Origin: the human T2T-CHM13v2.0 reference genome, Homo sapiens | DNA: 64,000 bases | NCBI RefSeq assembly: GCF_009914755.1 | Contig: NC_060936.1 | Reading direction: 5' to 3' (one strand) | In this document: one piece after another, positions 52,801 to 64,000 of the stretch | Numbering within the stretch: position 1 is the first letter of the stretch | Layout of the letters: the number at the start of each line of letters is the position of its first letter | Translations under genes and position numbers: made by a program | Notes under the pieces: generated by a model | Told to the model about the DNA's origin: nothing | What the model saw: only the letters and a program-made list of their open reading frames with translations | The model's database searches: none

Positions 52801-53919
52801 ATATTGGTTTTTTTTTCCTTTCGCAAATATCTCTATTACCACAGGAACTGGCAGATTGTAAGGCCCAAGACTGTAAGGCAGGACTGCTTCCCCTGCAACC
52901 TGGACCTGCTCTGGCAGCTTGCTGTGTCACTTAGTGAATGGACTGGAACAGAATATCCAAGTGTAGAATATGCTGCCTCAGGAGCACAAAGATGTATATG
53001 AGATGTTTTGCTCCCTTCCTCATGCTGTAGGCATGAGATGCCTTAATTCTCCCTTTAGTCTGGAGGGAGATGTTCTGGTATGTCCCAGGCTACTGGGCCC
53101 CTAAAATCTTCACTAAGGCAGGGGGCCCTTGAATCCTCATGGAGTTACTAATGCCTCTAGTCAACTTGCCACATACTGCTCGTCTTATCTGATTAACAAA
53201 ATGTCATTGATATAGCCGCCCAATAATGTTGTGAAGAATGTCTAGATGGTCTAGGTCGTTTCATGTGATACCATAACAAAGGGATGGGGAATTTACATAA
53301 ATCTGAGATAACACCATAAATGTATACTTTTTTTTTTTTGTCCTATGTGAATTCAAATGCATTGATCCAGATGTCCCCATCCTAGGTTTTAGGTTCCATG
53401 CCTTCCCAATTAAAGGTCTCTGACTTTGGCATAGCAGACTTGCTGAGGTTAAGAATTTAACCTTCACTGGAGCATTTGTATCCTTATACTTAAGTTCTGG
53501 TCTGATTATCAGCTTTTTCTGCCCCCTGGCTTTTTGTGCTGCCAAGTAGGCCTTCTGGCTTTCATAAGTCACCTTAAATTGGAGATAAAACATCCTTAGA
53601 CCTTCATTGTCTTTCTCCATTGCACTGATGTCACCCAATAGGAGTCACTCAATTCCATAGTCCTTTTAATGGCCATTTCCCCAGCACCTCTCAAGCTCTT
53701 TAGATGTTGTATCTGCCAGTGAATTTTCTTTTACTACTATCCCACCATGTTTCACCAACAATTAAAAGTTTAAAAATTGTACCACTGAAGCCTGCCATGG
53801 AATATCTGTACTTCATCTACCAGAAGTGTTGGTATTTTTCTTGCCAGGCTGACACTCAGTTGGTCCGTCTTCAAAATCCCATTTTGGATTCGGCTTCCTA
53901 GGTCAACTCTTAATACCAA

Positions 53920-54362
53920 CTCTCTGAGGTCTAATTCCCCAAGAAATAGAATGTGAGGCAGAGAATTTCTTGCTAGCATTCTGTTGATAAGAATTCTCAG
54001 GAATACCACCTGTAAAGGAGTGAGGGAAACAGGATTGGAGAAGGGGAGATGAACTGTGGTGAGGTTGTGTTACAACAGAAGCCTTGGCCAATCCTTTATG
54101 GAGCTTTGGTGTTTGATGGCCCCTCTGAGTTGTTCTCATTTGAGGCAAGAGATCTGACCCTCTATAGCTCACACCATCCTGTTATTAGATGCAGGCTGCC
54201 CTGGGGTTGGGACATACCCTTGTGGGTGGCACCTCTCTTTGGCTGAAGGCAATAAAGGGTTTCAGCTGTAAGCTGTCAGCAGTCTACATCTTGGCTTCTG
54301 GGAGAATGAGCACCTCAGTCCTGAATGAGAAGTCTCTGAGGTGAACCACAGCACCCTCTATA
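53920..54362 (-). mobile_element. LTR16 (C-like) ERVL LTR; 5' LTR of the adjacent internal region
   Basis: cctgtaaaggagtgagggaaacagga, tgaggcaagag, cagctgtaagctgtcagcag. Confidence 0.72.
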
Positions 54363-54579
54363 CTCAGCTATATGGTCAGTAACATTCTAGATGTGAAGTT
54401 TCTATCTGGGTCTCAGAGTGACCATGTGTAGCTGACCAATGTTAGATAGGTTTCTCTGTAAGAGAGAAATCTTTGCTTTGTCAAGCCCTTTAGATTTTGG
54501 CATTCATTTATGGTCTTAGTATATTCTGGCCTTTTCTAGGCAATATATCATATATGGTAGCTATTATTATTAACATTTT

Positions 54580-54755
54580 TATTATTATTTCTAACCAATA
54601 TATTCTATATAATAGTTGTTATGATTTTCAAATGGCACACAGAGAAGTTAAGTGACTTGATTAGCATTACAAAATAACTGACAAAACCAAGATTCAAGCT
54701 CAGGTCTGCATGACTAGGGAGCTCTGCATTCTTTTTTGCAATATCACATACTCTA
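54580..54755 (-). mobile_element. MIR SINE
   Basis: cacagagaagttaagtgacttg...gattcaagctcaggtctg. Confidence 0.75.
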
Positions 54756-55084
54756 ATGTATTGGAGTACTTCATTAAAATGTACTCTACTCTGTGAAAAT
54801 TGAAGATGTCCTTGAGATGGGTTATGCACTTTATCTTATCAGCCAATAATACCTACAAATGTGTTTATCCATACTTTTCTGAAAACAATTGAGAACAGAT
54901 ATTGATAGAGTAGAAGGAAGAAGACATGCCAAGGCCTAATAATCAAGGGACATGGAAAATAATCACATTGTGGAGCATAAAAGGACAACAAGAGGAGAGG
55001 AGAGGAGCAGCCAGAGCCTGACATAGCAGAGGAGAGTCATCTACTCTTTCTTTGGTCCTCGACTTGTGATCAAGTAGAGAGGTA

Positions 55085-55960
55085 TTTTTGTGACCTCAGG
55101 GTAGGCAAGGAATTCTTAAACAAAACCCCTAATCACAAACCCTAATATTGATGGATTTGATGACGTAAAAATCAAAGGTTTCTGTTCAACACAGGGCATA
55201 TAGACAATGTTAACAGTGGAAATAGAAATCTATATGTTCATTATCAATAAGAGGTTATTATCTGGAATTAAAGAAGATCATTGTAAATCAGCAATAAAAA
55301 GTAAGAAAAATGGGAAATAGAGATAAATAGGAAAAAGAGTAAAACTGGTTGTTTAATAAACCAATATATAACCAAAATACTCAATCTCAGTAATCAGAAA
55401 AACACAAATTAAAGCAACATTGAGATATCACTTTATATGCAACAGATGGACAAAAATTAGAAAGTCAAATCATATCAACTGTTGGCAAAGATGTGGGGAT
55501 GCAGGCATCCTTCATGCACTGCAGGGTGAAGTATAATCAGAACAGCTGTTCTGGAGGGAATATGGCTTGTGTAATACAATTAAGCATGTGCATATCTCAT
55601 AACCTAGAAATCCAGCTCCTGAGAATAGACCTCTGACAAGCTGGCTCAGACCTATAGCAGGCACTTAGGAAGATATTCATTGCAATGGTGTTTGTGGAAT
55701 ACTAAGAACAGGGTCAACCCTGTGATGTGTTTGTTGTCAGGGGAATCAATAAGTAAAACCAAGGCAAACACAACTGAAAACATTAATGTTCTTACCTCTC
55801 TCTGTGTGTCTCTCTACACATGAGTGTGTGCACTCACAGACACACAGCCATGGAAGGTGAAATGGAAGAATATACATTGAATTCTTTAGAGTAGAAGTGA
55901 AGGAAGATGTGGGTGATTAACTAAACTTTATGCATTTGAGGTCTTTAAAAAGAGAAAAAA
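55085..55960 (+). mobile_element. Old L1 (L1M/L1ME) ORF2-end and 3' UTR fragment
   Basis: gacctcagggtaggcaaggaattctta, caaattaaagcaacattgagatatcact, tgttggcaaagatgtgggg. Confidence 0.8.
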
Positions 55961-56079
55961 AGAAGCTAATAAAAGATTAGCTATAAAATTGGTTTATATC
56001 AGTGGTTTTTGTTATTAATCCATGAACTAATAATTCTTATTATTTAGCGTTACGTAGAGAATTTCTTCTGATTCCCACT

Positions 56080-56638
56080 TTTATCAGTCAGGATTCTCTA
56101 GAGGGACAGAACTAATAGGATATTATGTGTATATGAAAGGGAGTTTATTAAGGAGAATTGACTCACACGATCACAAGGTAAAGTCCCACGATAGGCGGTC
56201 TACAAGTTGAGAGAAAGGAAGCCAGTGGTGGATCAGCCGGAGTCTCAAAGCCTCAAAAGTAGGGAAGCCAACAGGGCAGCCTTCAGTCTGTGGCCAAAGG
56301 CCCAAGAGCTCCTGGCAAACCACTAGTGTAAGTCCAAGAGTCCAAAAGCTGAAGAACTTGGAGTCTGATGTTTGAGGGCGGGAAGCATTCAGCACAGGAG
56401 AAAGATGGAAGCCAGAAGACTCAGCAAGTCTGCTCTTCCCTCTACTCCTGCCTGTTTTATTCTAGATGCGCTGGCAGCTAATTAGATGGTACCCACCCAG
56501 ATTGAGGGTGGGTCTGCATCTCCCAGTCCACTGACTCAAATGTTAATCTCCTTTGGCAACACCCTCACAGACACACTCAGAAATAATACTTTGCATCCTT
56601 CAAACCAATTAAGTTGACACTCAATATTAACCATCACA
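56080..56638 (-). mobile_element. MLT2A (A2-like) ERVL solo LTR
   Basis: ttctctagagggacagaactaatagga...caatattaaccatcaca; perfect 5-bp TSD CCACT. Confidence 0.93.
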
Positions 56639-57611
56639 CCACTCATAATTCCATCCAGCCTTTGGGGACTCTCTTTGACCAAGACTTTAATTAGCGCTTT
56701 CTTAAGTGTTTTGCTCATGTGGTGACCCTCATGGCAGTCCTCTGAGGAAGAGACCTCATTTTATAGTTGAAGGGAAGAGGCTCAGAGATGTTGAGCTATG
56801 GCAGAATGTCAGTGGATTTGGAATTAAGGTGGATCCAACTCCAACAATTGCCTTCTTTCCTCATCACCCGGATTACCTCAAGTCTCTGCGGAATGTTGAA
56901 CAAAAGCAGTTGTAATTCTTACAGCTTTAGAGTGCTTAAGCTGCTGATAGAAAAAAAAAAACCTGAAATTTTTATTTATTTATTTATTTTTAGTTTAGAT
57001 ACATTTCAACCTTCCACTGAGACCAGAGTCTTTTCGGGCTCAAATATCCAATGAACCACACCTGACAAAGTTCAAACTTGATGTGAGGAAAATGACTTTC
57101 TCTTTGAAAAGTGCTACAGTTGGCCTTTCAGCTCTTCAGCTGATTTCCCTTCTTAGGAGCTCTCTGTTAAGAATTAACTTGCTGGCCTAGAGAAATATGA
57201 TCTTTATAATCTCCTCAGCGTCTAGTGCTGTTGTCTGTGTGTCCTTTTTGTGTCCTTTGTACTTTCCTCGAAACACAGATAGAATCAACCTTGGCTAGTG
57301 ATTATCCGATACTGTTACAGGGACAACAGCGATCTGTCTAGTGCTTTACAGTTTGCAAAACGTTCCACTCACATTATGTCACTGCATCCTTGAAACAGTC
57401 CCAGAGGTTTCATTCTCTCCATTATGCAGAAGAAGAAATGAGAATTCTAAGACATCACTTGTTTCACCTGAGGAGTGCAGCATGAAAATTGAATCTCATT
57501 CTAAATCCCATGCTCTTTTCTTTAACCATGTCTCCTCTCATAAAAGCCTCAAAATAGTCTTTATCATTTCCAAAGCCCATTCCCATACTTTCACCCGTAT
57601 CAATGCTTGCA

Positions 57612-57836
57612 CAGTTGACCCTTACACAACACAGGTTTGAACTGCTTGGATCCAATTATATGCAGATGTTTTTTCAACCAAATGCAGTGTTTGCAGGATG
57701 CAAACCCTGCGTATATGGAGGGCTGAACTTTTGTATATGCAGGTTGACCGTGGAACTCAAGTATGCACAGATTTTGTTGTGGGAGTTGAGGGTATGTGTC
57801 CTGGAACCAATCCCCTGCGTATGTTGAGGATGACTG
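57612..57836 (-). mobile_element. MER8 (Tigger) MITE
   Basis: cagttgacccttacacaacacaggtttgaactg...ggaaccaatcccctgcgtat...gatgactg. Confidence 0.85.
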
Positions 57837-59493
57837 CACAGATTGGATGACATGCCCAGCATTAGACCATTAACTGGGGTGGAAGGGCGGGATCTGAAGC
57901 TGGGGGCTGTGTCTTTATGTCCCCACCACTACAGAAAATTATACTCCTCGAGTTTCATGCATGGTGTTTCTAATGTGAATCAGAGATTGTGCCAATAAAA
58001 TAATCCTTCAAGGTGATGAAGAGCACCACCGCTTCTGTGAGACTCTGAGGGTGAAGCAGACTTTTCAAAAGAGAAAATAACCTGTTGTAAGTTACTCAGT
58101 AGAGCCAGAGCTGCCAGGTTCAGCCTCTTTCTCAGTGACCCTTAAGCTGAAGAAGAAGAGTCCACCAGGGAATAAGTCATGAGCTCTAAGATAGAGGAGC
58201 CTTAATGAAGGTTCTCACAGAGCCTGATAAGACAATTGAGAGGTGAAAGATGGTCCAAGGGATCTGAATGAGTCAGGAGAGGATTAGTCAACGGTGCTTC
58301 CTATCAGCTGCCCTTAGTTCTCCACCTCCCTCTGGGCCTGCCTGCCTGCCTTCCCTTCCACATTTTTATTGTCCATTAGCACTTCCAAGGAGGGTGCTGG
58401 AGGAAATGAATACTAGAGCTGCTGATTCACTGCTTGGATGAGTGTAGATTTGGGGGTGTCTAGGAGTTCTTCCTCAGGCCTCTCAAAGTCAATACCCCCA
58501 TATCCCCAGAATAGCTCTCCAGACCCTGGGGAAGAGTATGTTGCAAATCAGCCTCTGAGGATCTTCCCAGAAAAGATCCAGCCTTTAAAGTGAGTGACCA
58601 AGAGTTGGTCTTTCTTGGAATCAGAGGTAAGATGAAAAGTTATGTAGAAGAAGAATTAGTCACCAATGATGCCCTAATGATAGGCTGGGTGGCCTGAGAG
58701 GCAAAACACAGAGAAACTGTGCTTTTAACCTGTTCATGCTGTTCCTAACCCTGGTCTCTTATTTTATTTATAAATGCATATAGGTCACAGGGCGACTTGG
58801 TAGAGGGAGTTTTGATAATTAGGGCCTCTGCTGTTAACCCTGGTGGCTAAACAACACTGAGCTCATATTCTGCTCACACTCTCATGGCATTATCTCTGTA
58901 AGTTACAAGACAACTCTGCCATATCACTACAGTATAAACCAATTAGCAGATCAGTCTCACAGATGGAACCACTGCAGTGTCCCTGGAATCTGTCCTCTCC
59001 TCCCTGTTTCAACAGCTGCCACACTAATTCAGATCCTTCTAACCAGGCTACACGCACCAGCTCTTACATATCCCCCTGCCCCCTGCCTCTTTCCCTTGCA
59101 TCCACCCAGCCCAAGGTGTTCAGATTGTCTTTCCAAGGCATGGCTTTCTATGTGCCACTTATGGGCGATGACTCTTTCAGGAATCCAAATAGCTGCATCC
59201 CTGCCTCCTCTGGGCTTTCAGAATATTTTGTTTTTACTGTGTTACATAAAGACTTTCATCTTGAATCCTTTTCAAGCTGTTTTATAAAAATAAGTGAGCA
59301 TGTGCATCTCTCCCCTTAGATAATGAGCTGCCCCTTGAGCAAGTCCAGCCTTCTGAATCTTGTGTGCTCCACAACCCTAGCTGGGTGCATGGCCCATAGG
59401 AGGGACCCAACATATGGCTGCTGAATCCAAATATTTTGTGTGAATGCAAGTTTTATATATATCTAAACACATGTCCTGTAGCTTCTCCTAGAG

Positions 59494-60062
59494 TAGGGTG
59501 TGGCAAACTACAGCCAACCAGCAACCAACTATAACCAAAAACAACTGCCTGTCTTTGTAAATAAAGTTTTATTGTAACACAGCCATGTTCATTCATTTGC
59601 ATATTGCCCATGGCTTGTTTTGTACTACACCAGTGGTCCCCAACCTTTTTGGCACTGGGGACGGGTTTTGTGGAAGACAATTTTTCCATGGACTGGGGTG
59701 GGGTAAGGGGGTAGGAGGATGGCTCAGGGATGAAACTGTCCCACCTCAGATCATCAGGCATTAGATGCTCATAAGGAGTGGGCAACCTAGATCCCTCACA
59801 TGTGCAGTTCACAACAGGGTTTACGCTCCTATGAGAATCGAATGCAACCACTGATCTGACAGGAGCCAGAACTCAGGCAGTAATGCTCACTCACTTGCCA
59901 CTCACCTCCTGCTGTGCTGCCTGGTTCCTAACAGGCCATGGGCCAATAGCAGTCCATCGCCCAGGGGTTGAGGACCTCTGTACTACACAATAGAATTGAG
60001 TAGTTGCAAAAGAGATTGGCCTGCAAAGTTGAAAATGTTTACTATCTGGAACTTTACAGAAT
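59494..60062. mobile_element. MER58A MITE split by MER1B
   Basis: agggtgtggcaaactacagcc...taaataaagttttattg | ggcctgcaaagttgaaaatgtttactatctgg. Confidence 0.85.
59631..59980. mobile_element. MER1B hAT-Charlie MITE
   Basis: cagtggtccccaacc...ggttgaggacctctg TIRs; perfect 8-bp TSD TACTACAC. Confidence 0.95.
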
Positions 60063-60252
60063 CTAAAGTATAAGTACTCTGAGGGCAGGGATTGTGCTTT
60101 GTTTATTTTTCTAGTCTACTTAGGAAGCACAGTCCACACTTATTGAATAAATTAACTGGTGAATTAATATTTGGTGAAGAACTATAATTCAAAAATTTGT
60201 CTTGTTTTAGATAAACTATGCTGGTTAACTACCTGAAAAGGGATCTATTCTT

Positions 60253-60860
60253 TTCATTCATTCATTCAATGATTATTTATTGAGCACCTACTATGTGTCA
60301 GATACTATCCTTGGTGTTGAGACAAATGGTGAGCAAAACTGACATGGTCCCTACTCTTATGGAGTTTAAGTCTTTGGTGGGGACATACATCATTCAAATG
60401 TCAAGTGTATAGTATTCATTGTAGTAGGGGAAAAGAGGTATATGGGCTGCTGAGAGCCTATTCCTTTGGGATTAGCTCCAGTAGGGAGGTCAGAGAAGGT
60501 TTCTCTGAGAAAGTGGCTTTGGAGGGATGTGTATGGGTTAGTTTGGCCAAGAGTTAAGGGAAGAGTGTTCCATGATAAAGGAGTGGCATGTGGAAGGCCT
60601 TGTGGCAGAAGGGAGCCTGGTGAATATGAGGAATGGCAGAGTAGGGTGGTGAAAGCCCAGAGAAAGGGCACGTGATATGGCTGGAGGAGAAGACAGTGGT
60701 CTGGTTGAGAGCCTTCAAGGAATTCTCTCTTCACCTTTGGAACAAAGGAGGACCACTGAAGGGTGAACAGGGAAGTGCTGCTAGTGGAAGGGGAGTGGGA
60801 AGAGGTGAATTTTAAGACAATTGTATTTTACAAAGATTATGCATTCTTTGGATGCAGATT
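60253..60860 (-). mobile_element. L2 3' fragment
   Basis: ttcattcattcattcaatgattatttattgagcacctactatgtgtcag...gtcagagaaggtttctctgag. Confidence 0.85.
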
Positions 60861-63800
60861 TTTTGGTGACAGCTGCTTTCAATGATTGATTGCATATTTC
60901 TTAATAAATCAAACTCAGGAAAATAACAGTTATGTTCGTCTTAATGTTGTGATAGTAATACCTTGCATTTGTTTAGCTTTAAAAAAAGAACCTCCGTTTT
61001 CACATTTAATGCTATCTTTTATTAAGTATTGCACATATGGTACCACAAGCTAGAACATTTTAGCACAATCTACGGCGTCACCCTCCTGGTGAACTGCACA
61101 CAAGATCACATTAATGGAAGCCTTTGGGCATTGGTTTTAGTTCCGGGGCTGATGTTTCCGGATCTTTTCAGATCGAAATCTCACAGCCCAGGCTAGCTGC
61201 TTAAAGAAAAAATGGGCTTAAAGACCTTGGCACTAAACCCTTCAGAGCTTGGAAGAGTCCCAGTAATGGCAACTTGCTGCTGCATTTTGTTCTCAGAGTT
61301 AGAAAACTAGTGATTTTTCCTAGCTCTAGTAATTTCCTCTGTGCTAATTGTTCTGTATCTAGGCACTCTTTTCCCTCCTTGGCTTTTCTTTTTTCTTTAT
61401 TGCCTTTTACCTTTACTTAGTCATTAAAATTTCTTTCTGCTGTCTTGCCATTCTTTTTCCTAAAAATTTCCCTTTACTTCTCAGCTGCAGGAGATGCCTG
61501 CCTTGCTTTTCTGGGAAGGGCTGGGAGATGGCTCATGAGACATAAGGTTGGAGCACAGCTGCTAGAAGCACAGGATAAGCCAGGACAGAAAATCAGGACA
61601 GAGCCCCCAGTCTTTGTTTGTTTGTTTTCCCTTTAATTGAACCAGGGTGGCTAGATACTTGGGCATGTCATATAAAATCATGAGAAACTACATTGGTAAA
61701 CTGGGTCTCCTGAGAGTCAGCGGTAGGAGATCTGAGAGTGCTGCTGGAATCAGGAAACCACTTGGCCAATGTGTTCCTTTTTGAAGCAGCTGGATAATTA
61801 TGAGGAATGTCATGGTTTTCTCTTTGGTGTCATCCTATTTCACATCATTTATTTTTTATTTGATTAAGACATTTGAATGAAACTGTAGCCATTATTCAGA
61901 AATACAGGGGTGTCTTTCATTTCTGAATCCAATTGTCTTTGCAATATTCACTTCAACTCAGACTTGAGCTGAGTCTAACTTAGAATCTGTTTTAGCATTT
62001 TAATTGCAATTAAATATGAAAGTTGAAAATGCTGTAAAATAACTGCAATAAAGATGCTGTAAAAACATCTTTTCTGTTTGAAAGATTCCCTTTGGGATTA
62101 AACTATCTCTCTGGAGGGTTTTTTTTCCTGGTTTTTTTTTTTCATTATTTATAAGTGTATTTGATGCTGAAATTTGATCACCAGATCTATACTTCTATTC
62201 ACTTTTCTTCTTAGGCATATTTTTGTCTCATTATATTTTTTCTTTGAAATTTATTTACTCATTTATCATTCTTTGGTTCGCTAGGTTCTTTTTCACTCTA
62301 GCCATGATTTCATTAATCTTTTGGTCCAGAATGAAATAGTTGGCTGTAGAGGGAAAAAGGAGAGAAAAACAGATTCAATTTGGGAGCTACCCTGATGATC
62401 AAAGAAGAGATGAGATCTGTGAACCATGAAAGATAAGAACTCAAAGAGGTCTGATATTCATGACTTTGCTCTATGCTAAGTGTCCAGAATGTTGTAGTTA
62501 GTAAAATTACAGTAGACATCATCCTGTTCTGATCAAAACAAAACAAAAAAGAGACAGAAGGAAATGCTATTCTGTAAACTGGATTACAAGATTTTGACCA
62601 GGTCTAAAACTATTTAAGAGACTCAGATTTTTCTATCTTTCTCTAAGCAGAGCTCATCTTGAATTGATTACATTTCCAATGTTTCTCAGCGTTAGTGAAA
62701 TAAAAACAAATTTGCAATTTATTTTCATTTAAGATCCCATCTAATAAAAGGCAATTTTTGGTTACATAAAAATATAACTCTACCTATTTGGTTTTGGAAT
62801 GCCCTGTGGACAGAATACATTGTTCCATTCTTTATATCAGGAGTGGTAATGCCAATTAGCTATGTACTATTAAGTAAACCACAGATGAAATGCTGCAAGC
62901 CTACCCCAGCCAGTGGGATAGAAAGTGAGACAAAGAGCTTTTCCCACCTTCAAGTTGGTTGGGATCAGCTGTTTGAATTATCTCACAGAGGAGTTAGAGT
63001 AACCGACTGATTCACAAGGTAAAAAAAAAAAAATAGTAGCGAATCCTTGGAGGATGCCATATGCTCTGTGCGTTGTGGCAAGCTGCTGACAGCATACAAT
63101 TACAGACCTGAGATGCGGCACCACCCCAAAATCCAGTGGACAGGAATCTCTCCAGGCTTTTTAATCACTAATGGGGGCACACTCCTTCATTTCTGATATT
63201 TATCAGAAAGTGAATTAGTTAAAATGCAAATTCTTTCTGCCTGAAGAAGTCTGCATGTGGACTGAATTAATAAAACACGATTTAAAAAACACTGTGTTGA
63301 AGTTATAGTTAGAATCCTTCTTTCCTCTCTGCCATCATGGCCTGGAGACTCTAACCTCATTCTAAAGTCTGGGCCCTTTCAACCTAACCTATTTGACTGC
63401 AGCCCAAGTCTCAAATGAAGTTGTTGTTCCAGAAACTTCTTTATAAATATTCATCTCAAAAGGCAAGGGTGACAGTGTTGTAACAGGACATTTTTGCATA
63501 CAAAGCAAGTGTATGAGGCCTGTATTGTTAAAGGCATTTTCACTTCCTTTTCTGTGTGCAGGAAATCCTCATGCCGGTAATTACTAGCTAGTAACATTGC
63601 TCCTGCAACGTGGAGCAGTTGGCCTATTGTACATGCAGTGATGGATGTGTACCATGTGCCGGCAGAAGAAGCATCTCCTTTAACAGCCATGGTTTGCTGC
63701 ATATTTATTATGTATTATTATAGTCTTCATTGTAAGCTAGCCCAGAGTGAAGACTGCAGTGTGATTTCCATTGTAATTTCTTATTTTCATTCACTCTCAG

Positions 63801-64000
63801 CTTTGGGAAATGAGGTGAATTCGTTCATGAGGGCATTAAAGAACCCTTTTGTTGTACCGTGGCTATTCACCTGTCTTTACCTGACCCATGGAGCATAACT
63901 AGAAAGGCGCTAATATATATTTCTGAAAAATTGGGAGACAAATTCATGAGTCAATGATATTTCGTCATGGCTTTTGCATTTTATTCACTCTCTCTCTCTC

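Larger units (their letters stand above)
50800..53919 (-). mobile_element. Degraded ERVL internal region (HERV16/ERV3-16A3-like) with RT and RNase H remnants, interrupted by THE1 and MER21
   Basis: Minus-strand translations YTFMVLSQIYVNSPSLC (compare ERVL RT YTFTVLPQGYINSPALC) and VDSWTVLNSLA (compare RNase H YTDSWAVANGLA); PBS-like gttggtattaagagttg next to the LTR. Confidence 0.75.

Noticed and set aside
53261-53638. 125-aa ORF with an RT-like end as a domesticated retroviral gene
   Set aside because: It straddles a deletion junction, the RT motifs are mutated (LSQI, YIND), and it stops before the catalytic motif.

Overview
This is primate, most likely human, nuclear genomic DNA. It is AT-rich and CpG-depleted, and is dominated by interspersed repeats: MIR and L2 fragments, MaLR/ERVL/ERV1 LTRs, hAT-Charlie and Tigger MITEs, four full-length Alus and one old L1 fragment. 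Repeat families were recognised from memory of consensus sequences, so subfamily names and the boundaries of old elements are approximate. No multi-exon coding gene, RNA gene, CRISPR array or prokaryotic element is supported. The ORF track is explained by chance ORFs, microsatellites, Alus and LTR-internal remnants. The most informative unique feature is a small GC/CpG-rich patch at about 32.5-32.8 kb. It looks like a minus-strand promoter and first exon ending in a strong-Kozak ATG GAG ATC AAT G|GTAAGC (M-E-I-N, phase-1 donor). If real, the left half of the window is a long first intron of a gene I cannot name. Other points of interest are a near-perfect CTCF motif plus a CRE carried by an LTR41 element, several repeat-free candidate enhancers, candidate plus-strand non-coding exons, and nested retroelement stacks. 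I did not find convincing evidence for a previously undescribed biological system; the findings are testable hypotheses.
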